Assembly (NCBI GenBank): GCA_963779415.1
Contig: CAVZYA010000001.1
Location: 1 to 64,000, forward strand
DNA: 64,000 nt
Reading direction: 5' to 3'
Source: an uncultured Acidobacteriota bacterium
GTDB taxonomy: Bacteria; Acidobacteriota; Thermoanaerobaculia; UBA5066
Made by a program: the position numbers and the translations under genes
Part shown: positions 45,133-54,067 of the stretch, piece by piece
Numbering within the stretch: position 1 is the stretch's first letter
How the letters are laid out: every line of letters starts with the position of its first letter
Notes under the pieces: generated by a model
Database searches by the model: none
Told to the model about the DNA's origin: nothing
The model's input: the letters and a program-made list of their open reading frames with translations, nothing else

Positions 45133-46113
45133 ATGCCCGACATCCAGACCTCCATGAGCGACTACATCCGGCAGCACGGCAAGCTGAAGTACATCTTCTT
45201 TGGCGGGAAGGGCGGCGTCGGCAAGACGGTCTTCGCGGCCGCCACCGCGCTTCACAACGCCCAGCTGGGGCGCCGGACGATGCTGGCCTCCACGAATCCG
45301 GTCCACAGCCTGTCGAGCCTGCTCGGCCAGAACGTCCTCGGGAAGCACACCCCGGTCGAAGGCGTTCCCAACCTGTGGGCCTACGAGATCGAGACGAAGG
45401 AGACGATCGAGCGGTCGAAGGTGGAGATCCGCGAGAAGATCCAGTGGTTCCTCAAGTTCGCCGACATCTCGACCAAAGCGGAGGACTTCGTGGAGTCGGC
45501 CACGATGAACCCGGCATTCGAGGAGTCGGCCATGTTCGAGAACATGATCGACCTGATGTTCAAGGACGAGTACGACGTCTACGTCTTCGACACCGCGCCC
45601 ACCGCGAACGCCCGGCGTCTCCTCGGCATGTCCAAGGTCTACGGGCTCTGGGTCAACAAGATGCTGAAGAGCCGCGAGGAGGCGAAGACCCTCCGCGAGA
45701 TGCTCTCGTTTACAAAAAAGAAAGAACAGGACCCTCTCATGGCCTATCTCCTCTCCTTCCGCGATCGGATGGAGCACGGCCGCGTCCTCCTGACCGACCC
45801 CGAGAAGACGTCGTTCTTCTTCGTGACGCTTCCCGAGGCCCTTCCGATCGCCGTCATCACCCGCTTCATCCAGTGGTTCCACGACTTCGGGATCCCCGTG
45901 GGGGGCGTCCTCGTCAACATGCTGATCGACAAGGGCTCCGTCCGCACCGACGCGGCGGACTTCGTGAAGAACCGTGTCGCGATGCAGGACGAGCACATGA
46001 AGACCGTCTGGCAGAAGTTCGACGGGAGCGTCCGGGCGATCGTGCCGCTCTACGAGACCGAGATCCGCGGCATCCCGATGCTCAAGCGCCTCGGCGACGC
46101 CATGTTCGCCTGA
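45133..46113 (+). CDS. ArsA/Get3 (TRC40) family ATPase B
   Basis: GGKGGVGKT, STNPVHSL, FDTAPTAN, VTLPEAL, LVNML. Confidence 0.92.
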   Translation: MPDIQTSMSDYIRQHGKLKYIFFGGKGGVGKTVFAAATALHNAQLGRRTMLASTNPVHSLSSLLGQNVLGKHTPVEGVPNLWAYEIETKETIERSKVEIREKIQWFLKFADISTKAEDFVESATMNPAFEESAMFENMIDLMFKDEYDVYVFDTAPTANARRLLGMSKVYGLWVNKMLKSREEAKTLREMLSFTKKKEQDPLMAYLLSFRDRMEHGRVLLTDPEKTSFFFVTLPEALPIAVITRFIQWFHDFGIPVGGVLVNMLIDKGSVRTDAADFVKNRVAMQDEHMKTVWQKFDGSVRAIVPLYETEIRGIPMLKRLGDAMFA

Positions 46114-46151
46114 TCTGTGAAATGCTACGAGGAAGAAGGGGGAAGACTTTC

Positions 46152-46727
46152 ATGCGAATCCGAATGCACCACATCCTGATCCTGGCCCTGCTGGTCGTCC
46201 CGGCGGCCGCGGCCTTCGCGGCCACCGATGCGGAGACGGTCAAGGTCTTCCGCGGGGCGGGCGAGAGCGGATCGTTCTTCAACAACTGTTACGGCTACGC
46301 CGTCTTCCCGAATGTCGGCAAGGGGGGCATCGGCATCGGGGGAGCGCACGGCACGGGCCGCGTCTACGTCGGCGGCAAGGTCGTCGGCGACACGAAGATG
46401 ACCCAGGTCTCGATCGGAGCGCAGCTTGGCGGGCAGAGCTTCAGCGAGATCATCTTCTTCGAGGACAAGCGATCCTTCGACGAGTTCACGGGCGGAAACT
46501 TCGAATTCAGCGCGGAAGCCGGTGCCGTGGCGATCACGGCGGGAGCCTCGGCGCAGGCCGGCGGCACTGGCTCCAGCGCGGGGGCGAGCGCCGGGAAGAG
46601 CGACGCCTCGACCAAAGGCTCGTACCACAAGGGGATGGCGGTCTTCACGGTGGCCAAGGGTGGCTTGATGTACCAGGCGGCCATCGGCGGCCAGAAGTTC
46701 AAGTACACGCCGAAGAAGAAAAAGTAA
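46152..46727 (+). CDS. SYLF/Ysc84-related lipid-binding secreted protein
   Basis: GYAVFP.VGKGG.GIGG..G.G, SIGAQLGGQ, AKGGLMY.A.IGGQKF. Confidence 0.88.
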   Translation: MRIRMHHILILALLVVPAAAAFAATDAETVKVFRGAGESGSFFNNCYGYAVFPNVGKGGIGIGGAHGTGRVYVGGKVVGDTKMTQVSIGAQLGGQSFSEIIFFEDKRSFDEFTGGNFEFSAEAGAVAITAGASAQAGGTGSSAGASAGKSDASTKGSYHKGMAVFTVAKGGLMYQAAIGGQKFKYTPKKKK

Positions 46728-46870
46728 GGGTCCGGGCGGCGCCCGGTTCGCGCAGAAACGGGAGCCCTCCGGCGACCGGAGTTTCCGCAGAGGCTTTCCC
46801 CTCTCCGGTGAGGCGGCGATGTGCGTCCCGTCGACGGGTTCCGGCTCCATTCTTTCCTGCGGAGGGTCCC

Positions 46871-47257
46871 ATGCCGATTCACGTGGTCCGCCTCGGGAGC
46901 CCGCGCGGGAAGGGGGAAGGGATACGGATCGGGACCGTCCGTCGTCCGCCGCGCGGGGTCCCGAAGGCCGAGTTCGCCTCAAGGAACTTCTACGACGTCT
47001 GGCTCCCCGAGCTCGCGCCGAGCGAGGGGCTGTTGAAGCTCGGCCTCGCCGCCGAAGGCGAGAAGGCGTGGCAAACGTTCGTCCGGCGCTACCGCGCCGA
47101 GATGGGGCGCCCGGAGGCGAGACGGCTTCTGGACCTCCTCGCCGCGCTGTCGCGGCAGACGGACTTTTCCGTGGGGTGCTACTGCGCCGACGAGTTGCGC
47201 TGCCATCGCTCGATCCTCCGCGAGCTTTTCGCGGAACGCGGCGCCAGGATGGCATGA
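46871..47257 (+). CDS. DUF488 family protein
   Basis: RRPPRGVPK, WLPELAPS, F.RRY..EM, CYC.DE.RCHR. Confidence 0.88.
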   Translation: MPIHVVRLGSPRGKGEGIRIGTVRRPPRGVPKAEFASRNFYDVWLPELAPSEGLLKLGLAAEGEKAWQTFVRRYRAEMGRPEARRLLDLLAALSRQTDFSVGCYCADELRCHRSILRELFAERGARMA

Positions 47258-47299
47258 CGTCATGACGTTTTGACGTCCGGGTGTTATCATGCCGGCATG
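47253..47299 (+). promoter_or_regulatory. TA operon promoter/operator
   Basis: ATGACG-17bp-TATCAT with extended TG, three TGACGT at 8-bp spacing, palindromes CATGACGTCATG and CATGCCGGCATG. Confidence 0.6.
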
Positions 47300-47527
47300 G
47301 AGACCCAGAAACGCGCCACCATCTACTTCACTCCCGAGATCCACCGTGCGCTTCGGCTCAAGTCGGCCACATCGGACCGTTCGATCTCGGAGATGGTGAA
47401 CGAGGCCGTCCGGGCGGCCCTCGCCGACGACGCGGAAGACCTTTCGGCGTTCGATGAGCGGCGGCACGAGGCGACCGTCTTGTTCGAGGACTTCGTGAAG
47501 CAGCTGAAGCGACGTGGCCGCCTATAG
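47297..47527 (+). CDS. RHH/CopG antitoxin
   Basis: KRATIYF...IHRAL.LK......SISE.VNEAV. Overlaps the toxin start. Confidence 0.85.
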   Translation: METQKRATIYFTPEIHRALRLKSATSDRSISEMVNEAVRAALADDAEDLSAFDERRHEATVLFEDFVKQLKRRGRL

Positions 47528-47786
47528 CCTCTTCCTGAAGGCCTCTGCCGCGAAAGAGATCGAAAGCCTTCCGACGAGGGCGGACCGGGCGCGCGTCGTG
47601 GCCCGGATCCGGGCTCTCGCGACGAATCCTCGGCCCCCCGGCTCCGAAAAGCTGGCCGGCGAGCCGGACCGGTATCGGGTGAGGCAGGGACGGTATCGAA
47701 TCGTCTACTCCATCCTGGACGGGGAAAAGAGGGTCGAGATCGTCCGGGTGGCCCACCGGAAAGAGGCCTACCGCTCGGCCTCCTGA
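47514..47786 (+). CDS. relE: RelE/ParE family toxin
   Basis: LA.NPRP.GS.KL.G...YRVRQG.YRIVY.I......V.I..VAHRKEAYR. Confidence 0.9.
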   Translation: MAAYSLFLKASAAKEIESLPTRADRARVVARIRALATNPRPPGSEKLAGEPDRYRVRQGRYRIVYSILDGEKRVEIVRVAHRKEAYRSAS

Positions 47787-47805
47787 TGGTGCGAGGCGAA
47801 CGCTC

Positions 47806-48726
47806 TCACCCCTTTCCACCCGTCGCCGCCCCGAGCGCCGCGGTGGCGGTGTCGTGGATCGGCGTCTCGACGCCCGCCTCCCGGCCGAGGCGCGAGACAG
47901 CGCCGCAGAGGTCGTCCAGCTCCGTCGCCCGGCCCGCCTCGAGGTCCAGAAGGAAGCTCGGCTTGAGAGCGTCGCCGAGCGAATCGATGAACTCGAGGGT
48001 CTTCGAGGCGTCGTCGTCCGTCACGGCCACGCCGCGCCCCCTTGCCACGGCGAAGACTTCCCGGACGGCGCGCTCCAGCAGGAGCGGTCCGTAGGACGCC
48101 TTCCGGAGCGGCCCGACGGGGGAGCGGGCCAGCCCGCAGCCCGCCGCCATGGAGGCGATGAAGGCGAGCTTTCGCCAGAGATCCGCCACGATGTCGGGGG
48201 AGACCGTGGCATCCGCCCCGGCCCCGCGGAAAGCCTCGGCGATCCTGCGGGTGCGGTCGGTGATCGCGCCGTCCAGCTCGCCCAGGGTCACCTTCTGGAA
48301 GGGGCTTTTCCGCTCGAAGATCCCCGGGGCCACCCGGGCGACGCTCAGGCTCGTCAGCCCTCCGAGAACACGCTCCTTCGGCACGCCCCCCGCGACGAGG
48401 CGGTCGGCGGCCTCGACGCCGTTGAGGAAGGGGAGGAGCGTCGCGCCGCTTTCCGCGAGAAGGCGGGCCGACGGAACGATCTCCGCGAGCGAGTAGCTCT
48501 TCACCGCGACGATCGCGACGTCGACGGGACCGATTGTCATCGGGTCGCCGGTCGCCTCGACCTCGGACCGGAAGGTCTCTTCGGGAGTCCGGACCTCGAT
48601 TCCCCGCGCGAGGAGGGCCTCGAGGTTCGATCCCCGGGCGAGCATGACGACACGGTGCCCCGCCCGCGCGAGCGTCCCGCCGTAATACCCTCCCACGCCG
48701 CCGGACCCCAGAATCGCGACTCGCAT
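47806..48726 (-). CDS. panE: 2-dehydropantoate 2-reductase
   Basis: GSGGVGGYYG, VAVKSY, LNG, W.KL, SFLLDLEAGR.TE. Confidence 0.9.
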   Translation of the reverse strand: MRVAILGSGGVGGYYGGTLARAGHRVVMLARGSNLEALLARGIEVRTPEETFRSEVEATGDPMTIGPVDVAIVAVKSYSLAEIVPSARLLAESGATLLPFLNGVEAADRLVAGGVPKERVLGGLTSLSVARVAPGIFERKSPFQKVTLGELDGAITDRTRRIAEAFRGAGADATVSPDIVADLWRKLAFIASMAAGCGLARSPVGPLRKASYGPLLLERAVREVFAVARGRGVAVTDDDASKTLEFIDSLGDALKPSFLLDLEAGRATELDDLCGAVSRLGREAGVETPIHDTATAALGAATGGKG

Positions 48727-48821
48727 CGGCGCCGCCCCCCGGGCCCGAGTCTAAGCTCGGCGACGGCCCTGACCCGCTCCCCGGGATTTGGGACAGAATC
48801 GGGTGTCGTGAGGAGGGCCTT

Positions 48822-49872
48822 GTGGAGAGTGGCCGGAGGGAGTTCCTGAAGAGAAGCGCCGTGGCCGCGATCGGCGCCCTTCTGCCGGCGGGCTCATTCG
48901 AAGCGGCCCCCCGGGAGGAGAAGGAGATGACGCCGAAAGCCGCGACGCCGGCGGAGCCCCTGCGCCTGCTCAGCTTCGCTCCGAAAGCGGGCGAGAACAT
49001 CCGGATCGGCGCCCTCACGAAGGACGGACGGATCGTCGACGTCGGGGCCGTCGCGAAGAAGCTGAGGATGAAGCTCTCCTTCGACCCCGCGGAGATGGTC
49101 TCGCTCATCTATTCGCACGACGCGGGTCTCGCCCAGGTCCGGCGCCTTCTCGCGAAGGCCCCCTCCGGCGGGCGGCGCCCGGACGAAGTGCAGCTCTTCG
49201 CGCCGATTCCGAACCCGGCCCGGAACGTCTACGCCGTCGGCTGGAACTACGTCGAGCACTTCGAGGAAGGAAAGTCGCTCCGCGACGGAGACCAGACGCT
49301 GCCGGAGCACCCGGTCTTCTTCACGAAGGGGACGCATACGGTCAACGGGCCTTACGATCCGATCCCGTTCGACGCGGCGGTATCGACCCTCATCGACTGG
49401 GAGGGGGAGCTGGCCGTCATCCTCGGCAAGCGCGGGAAGAACATCTCCGAGGAGACGGCGATGGAGCACGTCTTCGGCTACTGCGTCATCAACGACACGA
49501 CGGCCCGGGACCTCAGCAGAAGAACTACGGCGGGCAGTGGTTCAAGGGGAAGAGCCTCGACGGGCACGGCCCCATGGGGCCGTGGATCGTCACGGCGGGC
49601 GGGTTCGACTACGGGGACCTCCACATCGTGACCCGGATCAACGGGGTCACCAAGCAGGACGCCTCCACGAGCCGGATGTACTTCAAGGTGCCGCGGATCA
49701 TCTCGGAGCTGTCGCTCGGGATGACGCTCGAGCCGGGGGACATCATCGCCACCGGGACACCCCCGGGATCGGCCACGCGCGGAAGCCCCCCGAGTACCTC
49801 AAGCCCGGCGACGTGATGGAGACCGAGATCTCCGGGATCGGCGTCCTCCGAAACCCGGTCCGCGCGGTCTGA
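48822..49872 (+). CDS. Fumarylacetoacetate hydrolase family protein with Tat signal (two indels)
   Basis: SGRREFLK, VGWNYVEH, PVFFTK, DWEGELAV, NDTTARD, GPMGPW, LEPGDIIATGTP. Confidence 0.88.
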
Positions 49873-49890
49873 CGAGGAGCCGGCCGGCCG

Positions 49891-51309
49891 TCAGACCTCG
49901 AGCAGCTTCGCGACCACGTCGCGTGCCGTGTAGGAGGAGGCGCCCGACGGGAGGAAATTCCCGATATCCCGAAGGTCGTCGCCCGAGGTGATCAGCGGCC
50001 GCTCGGCCGTGCCGTCCCTTCGAAGCTGCGGATGGCCGATGTTCGCCATCAGGGCATTGCAGAGGCACTTGCGCCCCTCGGCGTCTTCCTCCGTTCCCCC
50101 CTTGCTCAGGTAGGCCGGCAGAGGCTCGGAGGCGCACCGGTACCCGATCGTCCCGTCTTCCTTCCGGTAAGCCTCGCGAAGGTAGCCGAGGTCGCAGGTC
50201 CGCGTCCGCGCGAGGTAGTCGTCTTCTTCCGAGAGGCTTCCTTCGACGGAGGCCACCTTGAAGGGGAAGCCGGTGGGAGACGCTGTCGGGTCCGTGAAGA
50301 CGCTCGCCGCGCCCGTGGCGGCCTTCCTCAGAACCGACATCTTGTACTCGGGGAGGAGCCCCGATTCCTCGCAAAAGGCGAAGGCAGTCCCCACCTGGAT
50401 CCCCGCGGCGCCCTTCTCGAGCGCGTCGCGGAGTCCCTCGGCCGTCCCGCGCCCCCCGGCGAGCCAGAAGGGAAGACCGAGCTGGCGGATCTTCCCGAGA
50501 TCGACGTCGTCCCTCTCGCCGTAGACGGGCTCTCCTTTCGCGGTGAGATGGAGCTTTCCGCGAGGGGGAGCGTTGTGTCCGCCGGCCGTCGGCCCTTCGA
50601 TGACGAAGGCATCGACCTTCCCATTCGCCTTCTTCGTCATCGTCAGCGCGAGGGTGTACGACGAGATGATCGGAACGAAGAAGGGGCGCGAGAGCGGCGG
50701 CAGCTCGCGCTCGCCGAACTCCGCCGGGAAGAACCGCAGAAACGTGTCGTCGGTCTCCCAGGCCCCGGTGACGTTCAGCGAATAGGTCGCCGTCTCGTGA
50801 TGGACGAACCGGTCGAGAATTCCCGGGACCTTCAGCGGGATCCCCGCCCCCATCAGGACGACGGCCGCGCCCCCCAGCATCGCGCCATAGAGCGACGGCA
50901 GGATCGGGATCTGGATCTTCTCGAGGTAGTTGATCCCCACCGGGCCGTCGTGCCCCTCACGCGCCAGGAAGACTTCGGCGAAATTGGCGGCGACGCAGAG
51001 CTCCGCGAGATCGCGGACCTCCGACTTCGCGTGCATCGGGACGGGCCGGTAGGGCTGATCGGCCGGACGGCCCCCCTCGATGAAGTACCGCGCCCGGATC
51101 CGGCGCGCCATCTCCGGGAACGGGAAACGGTCGAGCGCGCGGCGCATGTGCCCTCCCGGATCGCCGTCCTGCAGGCGGCGCGCGAGAACCACGTCGAGGG
51201 CCGTCCCCGAGACGACTCCGAGCTGGCCGAGCCGGGAGACGGCCCGCGCGAGCCCCCAACCCGAGACGCCGACGCCCATCCCCCCCTGGATGATCTTCGA
51301 CGAAATCAT
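49891..51309 (-). CDS. Nitronate monooxygenase family flavoprotein
   Basis: IIQGGMGVGVS, EGPTAGGH, LAGG, GIQVGTAF, SPTGFP. Confidence 0.88.
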   Translation of the reverse strand: MISSKIIQGGMGVGVSGWGLARAVSRLGQLGVVSGTALDVVLARRLQDGDPGGHMRRALDRFPFPEMARRIRARYFIEGGRPADQPYRPVPMHAKSEVRDLAELCVAANFAEVFLAREGHDGPVGINYLEKIQIPILPSLYGAMLGGAAVVLMGAGIPLKVPGILDRFVHHETATYSLNVTGAWETDDTFLRFFPAEFGERELPPLSRPFFVPIISSYTLALTMTKKANGKVDAFVIEGPTAGGHNAPPRGKLHLTAKGEPVYGERDDVDLGKIRQLGLPFWLAGGRGTAEGLRDALEKGAAGIQVGTAFAFCEESGLLPEYKMSVLRKAATGAASVFTDPTASPTGFPFKVASVEGSLSEEDDYLARTRTCDLGYLREAYRKEDGTIGYRCASEPLPAYLSKGGTEEDAEGRKCLCNALMANIGHPQLRRDGTAERPLITSGDDLRDIGNFLPSGASSYTARDVVAKLLEV

Positions 51310-51458
51310 GCGCCCCCCCCACGCGCGGGGCTCAACGAAATCAAGCGGACAGACGGGTCGGGCTCCGCGAAAAAAACTATAGGCCGGGCCGGCCCCGAGT
51401 CAAGGCGGGCATGTCCCGCGGGGTGACGGCGCCCCCCGGCGCGCTATCCTCGGGCGGA

Positions 51459-52889
51459 ATGCGACACCGGATCCTGGTCTGCGACGACGAGGCGGACATT
51501 CGCGACTCGGTCCGGACCCTTCTCGTCGAGGAGGGCTTCGACGTGACGCCGGTCTCGTCGGGGGCCGCGGCGATCGCGGAGGCGGCCGACCACGAGGCGA
51601 TCCTCCTCGACATCAAGATGCCCGGGCAGGACGGGATGGAGACGCTCGCGAAGCTCCGCGCCCGGGGGGTCGTGACGCCGGTGGTCATGATCTCCGGGCA
51701 CGGCGACATACGGACGGCGATGGACGCCATCCGCGCCGGCGCGGCCGACTTTCTCGAGAAGCCGCTCTCCTCGGAGCACGTCCTGAACGCCCTGCGGCGC
51801 GTCCTCGACGCGTCGCGCCTCGTCCGCGAGAACGAGGAACTGAAGCGGCGGCTCGGGATCACGCGCCTCGTCGGCTCGAGCGACCCGATGAAGAAGCTCC
51901 TCGCCGACATCGGAAAGGCGGCGCCCACGCCGGCCACGGTCCTCATCGTGGGGCCGAGCGGGACCGGCAAGGAGCTGGTGGCGCGGTCGATCCACGACGG
52001 GTCGCTCGTGAAGTCGGGACCGTTCGTCCAGGTCAACTGCGCGGCGATCCCCGACTCCCTCATCGAGTCGGAGCTCTTCGGGCACGAACGAGGCTCCTTC
52101 ACGGGCGCGGACCGGAAGCAGACGGGGAAGTTCGTCGAGGCCGACGGCGGGACGATCTTCCTCGACGAGGTGGGCGACATGTCCGCCTCCGCGCAGGCCA
52201 AGGTCCTCCGCGTCCTCCAGGAGGGGGAGGTGGAGCCCGTGGGGAGCCCGCGCGTCGTGAAGGTGATCGTCCGCGTCGTGGCCGCGACGAACCGGGAGCT
52301 GCCCGACCTGATCGCGAAGGGGAGGTTCCGGGAGGACCTCTACTACCGGCTGAACGTCCTTCCGATCCGGACGCCGCCTCTCGGCGAGCACCCGGAGGAC
52401 GTCCCGCAGCTCGTCCTCCACTTCGCGGATCTCTTCGCCCGGACGAACAACTACCGGCCGAAGCGCTTCACCGACGCGGCGCTCGAGGCGCTGGCCCGGC
52501 GCCCGTGGCCGGGGAACGTCCGGGAGCTGAAAAACTACGTCGAGCGGCTGATGATCATGTCCGACGGCGACGTCCTCGACGAGGCGGAGGTCGACGGGGC
52601 GTCTCCGCGGGAAGCGGTCCCGGCCGTCGTCGTTCGCGACGGCCGCGTCGTCGGCCCGGCCGGCGAGGCCGCCCCGGGCCCTGCCGCGGACCTCTGGGGC
52701 CGCCTCCTGGCGACGCGGACGCTCCAGGCCTTCCAGGACGAGACCGAACGCCTCTTCATCGTCTCGAAGCTCGCCGAGCACGACGGAAACGTGACGCGCA
52801 CGGCCGAGGCGATCGACACGCCGCGGTCGAACCTCTACAAGAAGATCGAGAGATACGGCCTCCGCCGCGAGGAGAAGAGCGAGCCATGA
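51459..52889 (+). CDS. Sigma54-dependent response regulator (NtrC/NtrX-like)
   Basis: Receiver LLDIKMP, GPSGTGKE, ESELFGHERGSFTGA, FLDEV, WPGN.REL, Fis HTH. Confidence 0.93.
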   Translation: MRHRILVCDDEADIRDSVRTLLVEEGFDVTPVSSGAAAIAEAADHEAILLDIKMPGQDGMETLAKLRARGVVTPVVMISGHGDIRTAMDAIRAGAADFLEKPLSSEHVLNALRRVLDASRLVRENEELKRRLGITRLVGSSDPMKKLLADIGKAAPTPATVLIVGPSGTGKELVARSIHDGSLVKSGPFVQVNCAAIPDSLIESELFGHERGSFTGADRKQTGKFVEADGGTIFLDEVGDMSASAQAKVLRVLQEGEVEPVGSPRVVKVIVRVVAATNRELPDLIAKGRFREDLYYRLNVLPIRTPPLGEHPEDVPQLVLHFADLFARTNNYRPKRFTDAALEALARRPWPGNVRELKNYVERLMIMSDGDVLDEAEVDGASPREAVPAVVVRDGRVVGPAGEAAPGPAADLWGRLLATRTLQAFQDETERLFIVSKLAEHDGNVTRTAEAIDTPRSNLYKKIERYGLRREEKSEP

Positions 52890-53482
52890 TCCCCGCAGAC
52901 GTCCGCCGCCATTTCGAGGAGACCGGAGCCCTCCTCTCGGGACACTTCAAGCTCTCCTCGGGTCTCCACTCCGACCGGTACCTTCAGTGCGCGAAGGTAC
53001 TCATGTGGCCCGGCCGGGCCGACCCCCTCGGCCGGGCGCTCGGAGCGCTTCTCCGTCCCTTCGGGGCGGAGTCCGTCGTCTCGCCCGCGCTCGGCGGCGT
53101 CATCATCGGACAGGAAGTCGGGCGCGCCCTCGGCGTACGGGCCCTCTTCACGGAACGCGTGGACGGGGCCTTCGCGCTCCGGCGCGGCTTCTCGCTCGAG
53201 CCGGGAGAGAAGGTGGCCGTCATCGAGGACGTCGTGACGACGGGAAAGTCGACGCGAGAGGTGATCGCGGTCGTCCGGGCCGCGGGGGCCGTCGCGGTGG
53301 CGTGCGGGTCGATCATCGACCGCCGGTCGGCGAACGAGAGAGGCGAGACCGTCGACGGGATTCCGTTCCGGGCTCTCCTCGCCCTCGACGTCCCGGCGTG
53401 GGAACCCGCGGCCTGCCCGCTCTGCGCGAAAGGAGCGCCCCTCACGGCGCCCGGCTCGCGCCATCTCGTCTCGAAGCCCTGA
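52886..53482 (+). CDS. pyrE: Orotate phosphoribosyltransferase
   Basis: GHFKLSSGLHS..YLQC, VIEDVVTTGKS. Confidence 0.95.
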   Translation: MIPADVRRHFEETGALLSGHFKLSSGLHSDRYLQCAKVLMWPGRADPLGRALGALLRPFGAESVVSPALGGVIIGQEVGRALGVRALFTERVDGAFALRRGFSLEPGEKVAVIEDVVTTGKSTREVIAVVRAAGAVAVACGSIIDRRSANERGETVDGIPFRALLALDVPAWEPAACPLCAKGAPLTAPGSRHLVSKP

Positions 53483-53518
53483 GCCTCCGGCCGGCGGGCT
53501 CCCTGCTACGATCGCCGC

Positions 53519-53902
53519 GTGGACAAGGACCGGAAGTTCGGCCTCGTCGTCGGCGGCCTCCTCACGCTCCTCGGCGGCCTCCTCTATTTCTGGAGGGGGA
53601 GGGTGGTGGCGGGGTTCGTTCTCGGGGTGCCGGGCGTCGTCCTTCTGGCCCTCGCCGCCGCGGCGCCGGCCCTTCTCGCGGCGCCTCACCGGGCCTGGAT
53701 GAAGCTGGCCCACGTCCTCGGGGCGGTGAACGGCGTCCTTTTTCTTTCGATCGTCTTCTTCCTCATCCTGACTCCCATCGGCCTCGTCCTCCGTCTCTTC
53801 GGGCGCGACGAGTTGCGGCGGCGAGGTCCGGTCCCTGCCTCGGGGTGGGATCCCTACCCGGAGCGGAATCGCGACCGCGCCCACTTCGAGAAGATGTTCT
53901 GA
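53519..53902 (+). CDS. SxtJ family membrane protein
   Basis: RKFGL, P....WM.LA..LG, FFLILTPIG..RLFGRD, F.KMF. Confidence 0.85.
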   Translation: MDKDRKFGLVVGGLLTLLGGLLYFWRGRVVAGFVLGVPGVVLLALAAAAPALLAAPHRAWMKLAHVLGAVNGVLFLSIVFFLILTPIGLVLRLFGRDELRRRGPVPASGWDPYPERNRDRAHFEKMF

Positions 53903-53907
53903 GGAGC

Positions 53908-54066
53908 ATGACGAAGAGACAGGTCCTCGGCCAGGTCTGGGAGTTCCTGAAGTACCGGAAGAAGTACTGGCTCGCGCCGATCGTCTTCCTGATGGTGCTG
54001 ATCGGGTTCCTGCTCCTCGTCGCCGAGAAGAGCGTCCTCGCGCCATTCATCTATACGCTGTTCTGA
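53908..54066 (+). CDS. DUF5989 (SxtK-like) small membrane protein
   Basis: W.FLK.RKKYWLAPI.....S.LAPFIYTLF. Confidence 0.88.
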   Translation: MTKRQVLGQVWEFLKYRKKYWLAPIVFLMVLIGFLLLVAEKSVLAPFIYTLF

Positions 54067-54067
54067 C

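Noticed and set aside
44118-46113. Arsenic resistance operon
   Set aside because: No Cys ligands in either ATPase and no arsB/acr3/arsC/arsR/arsD.
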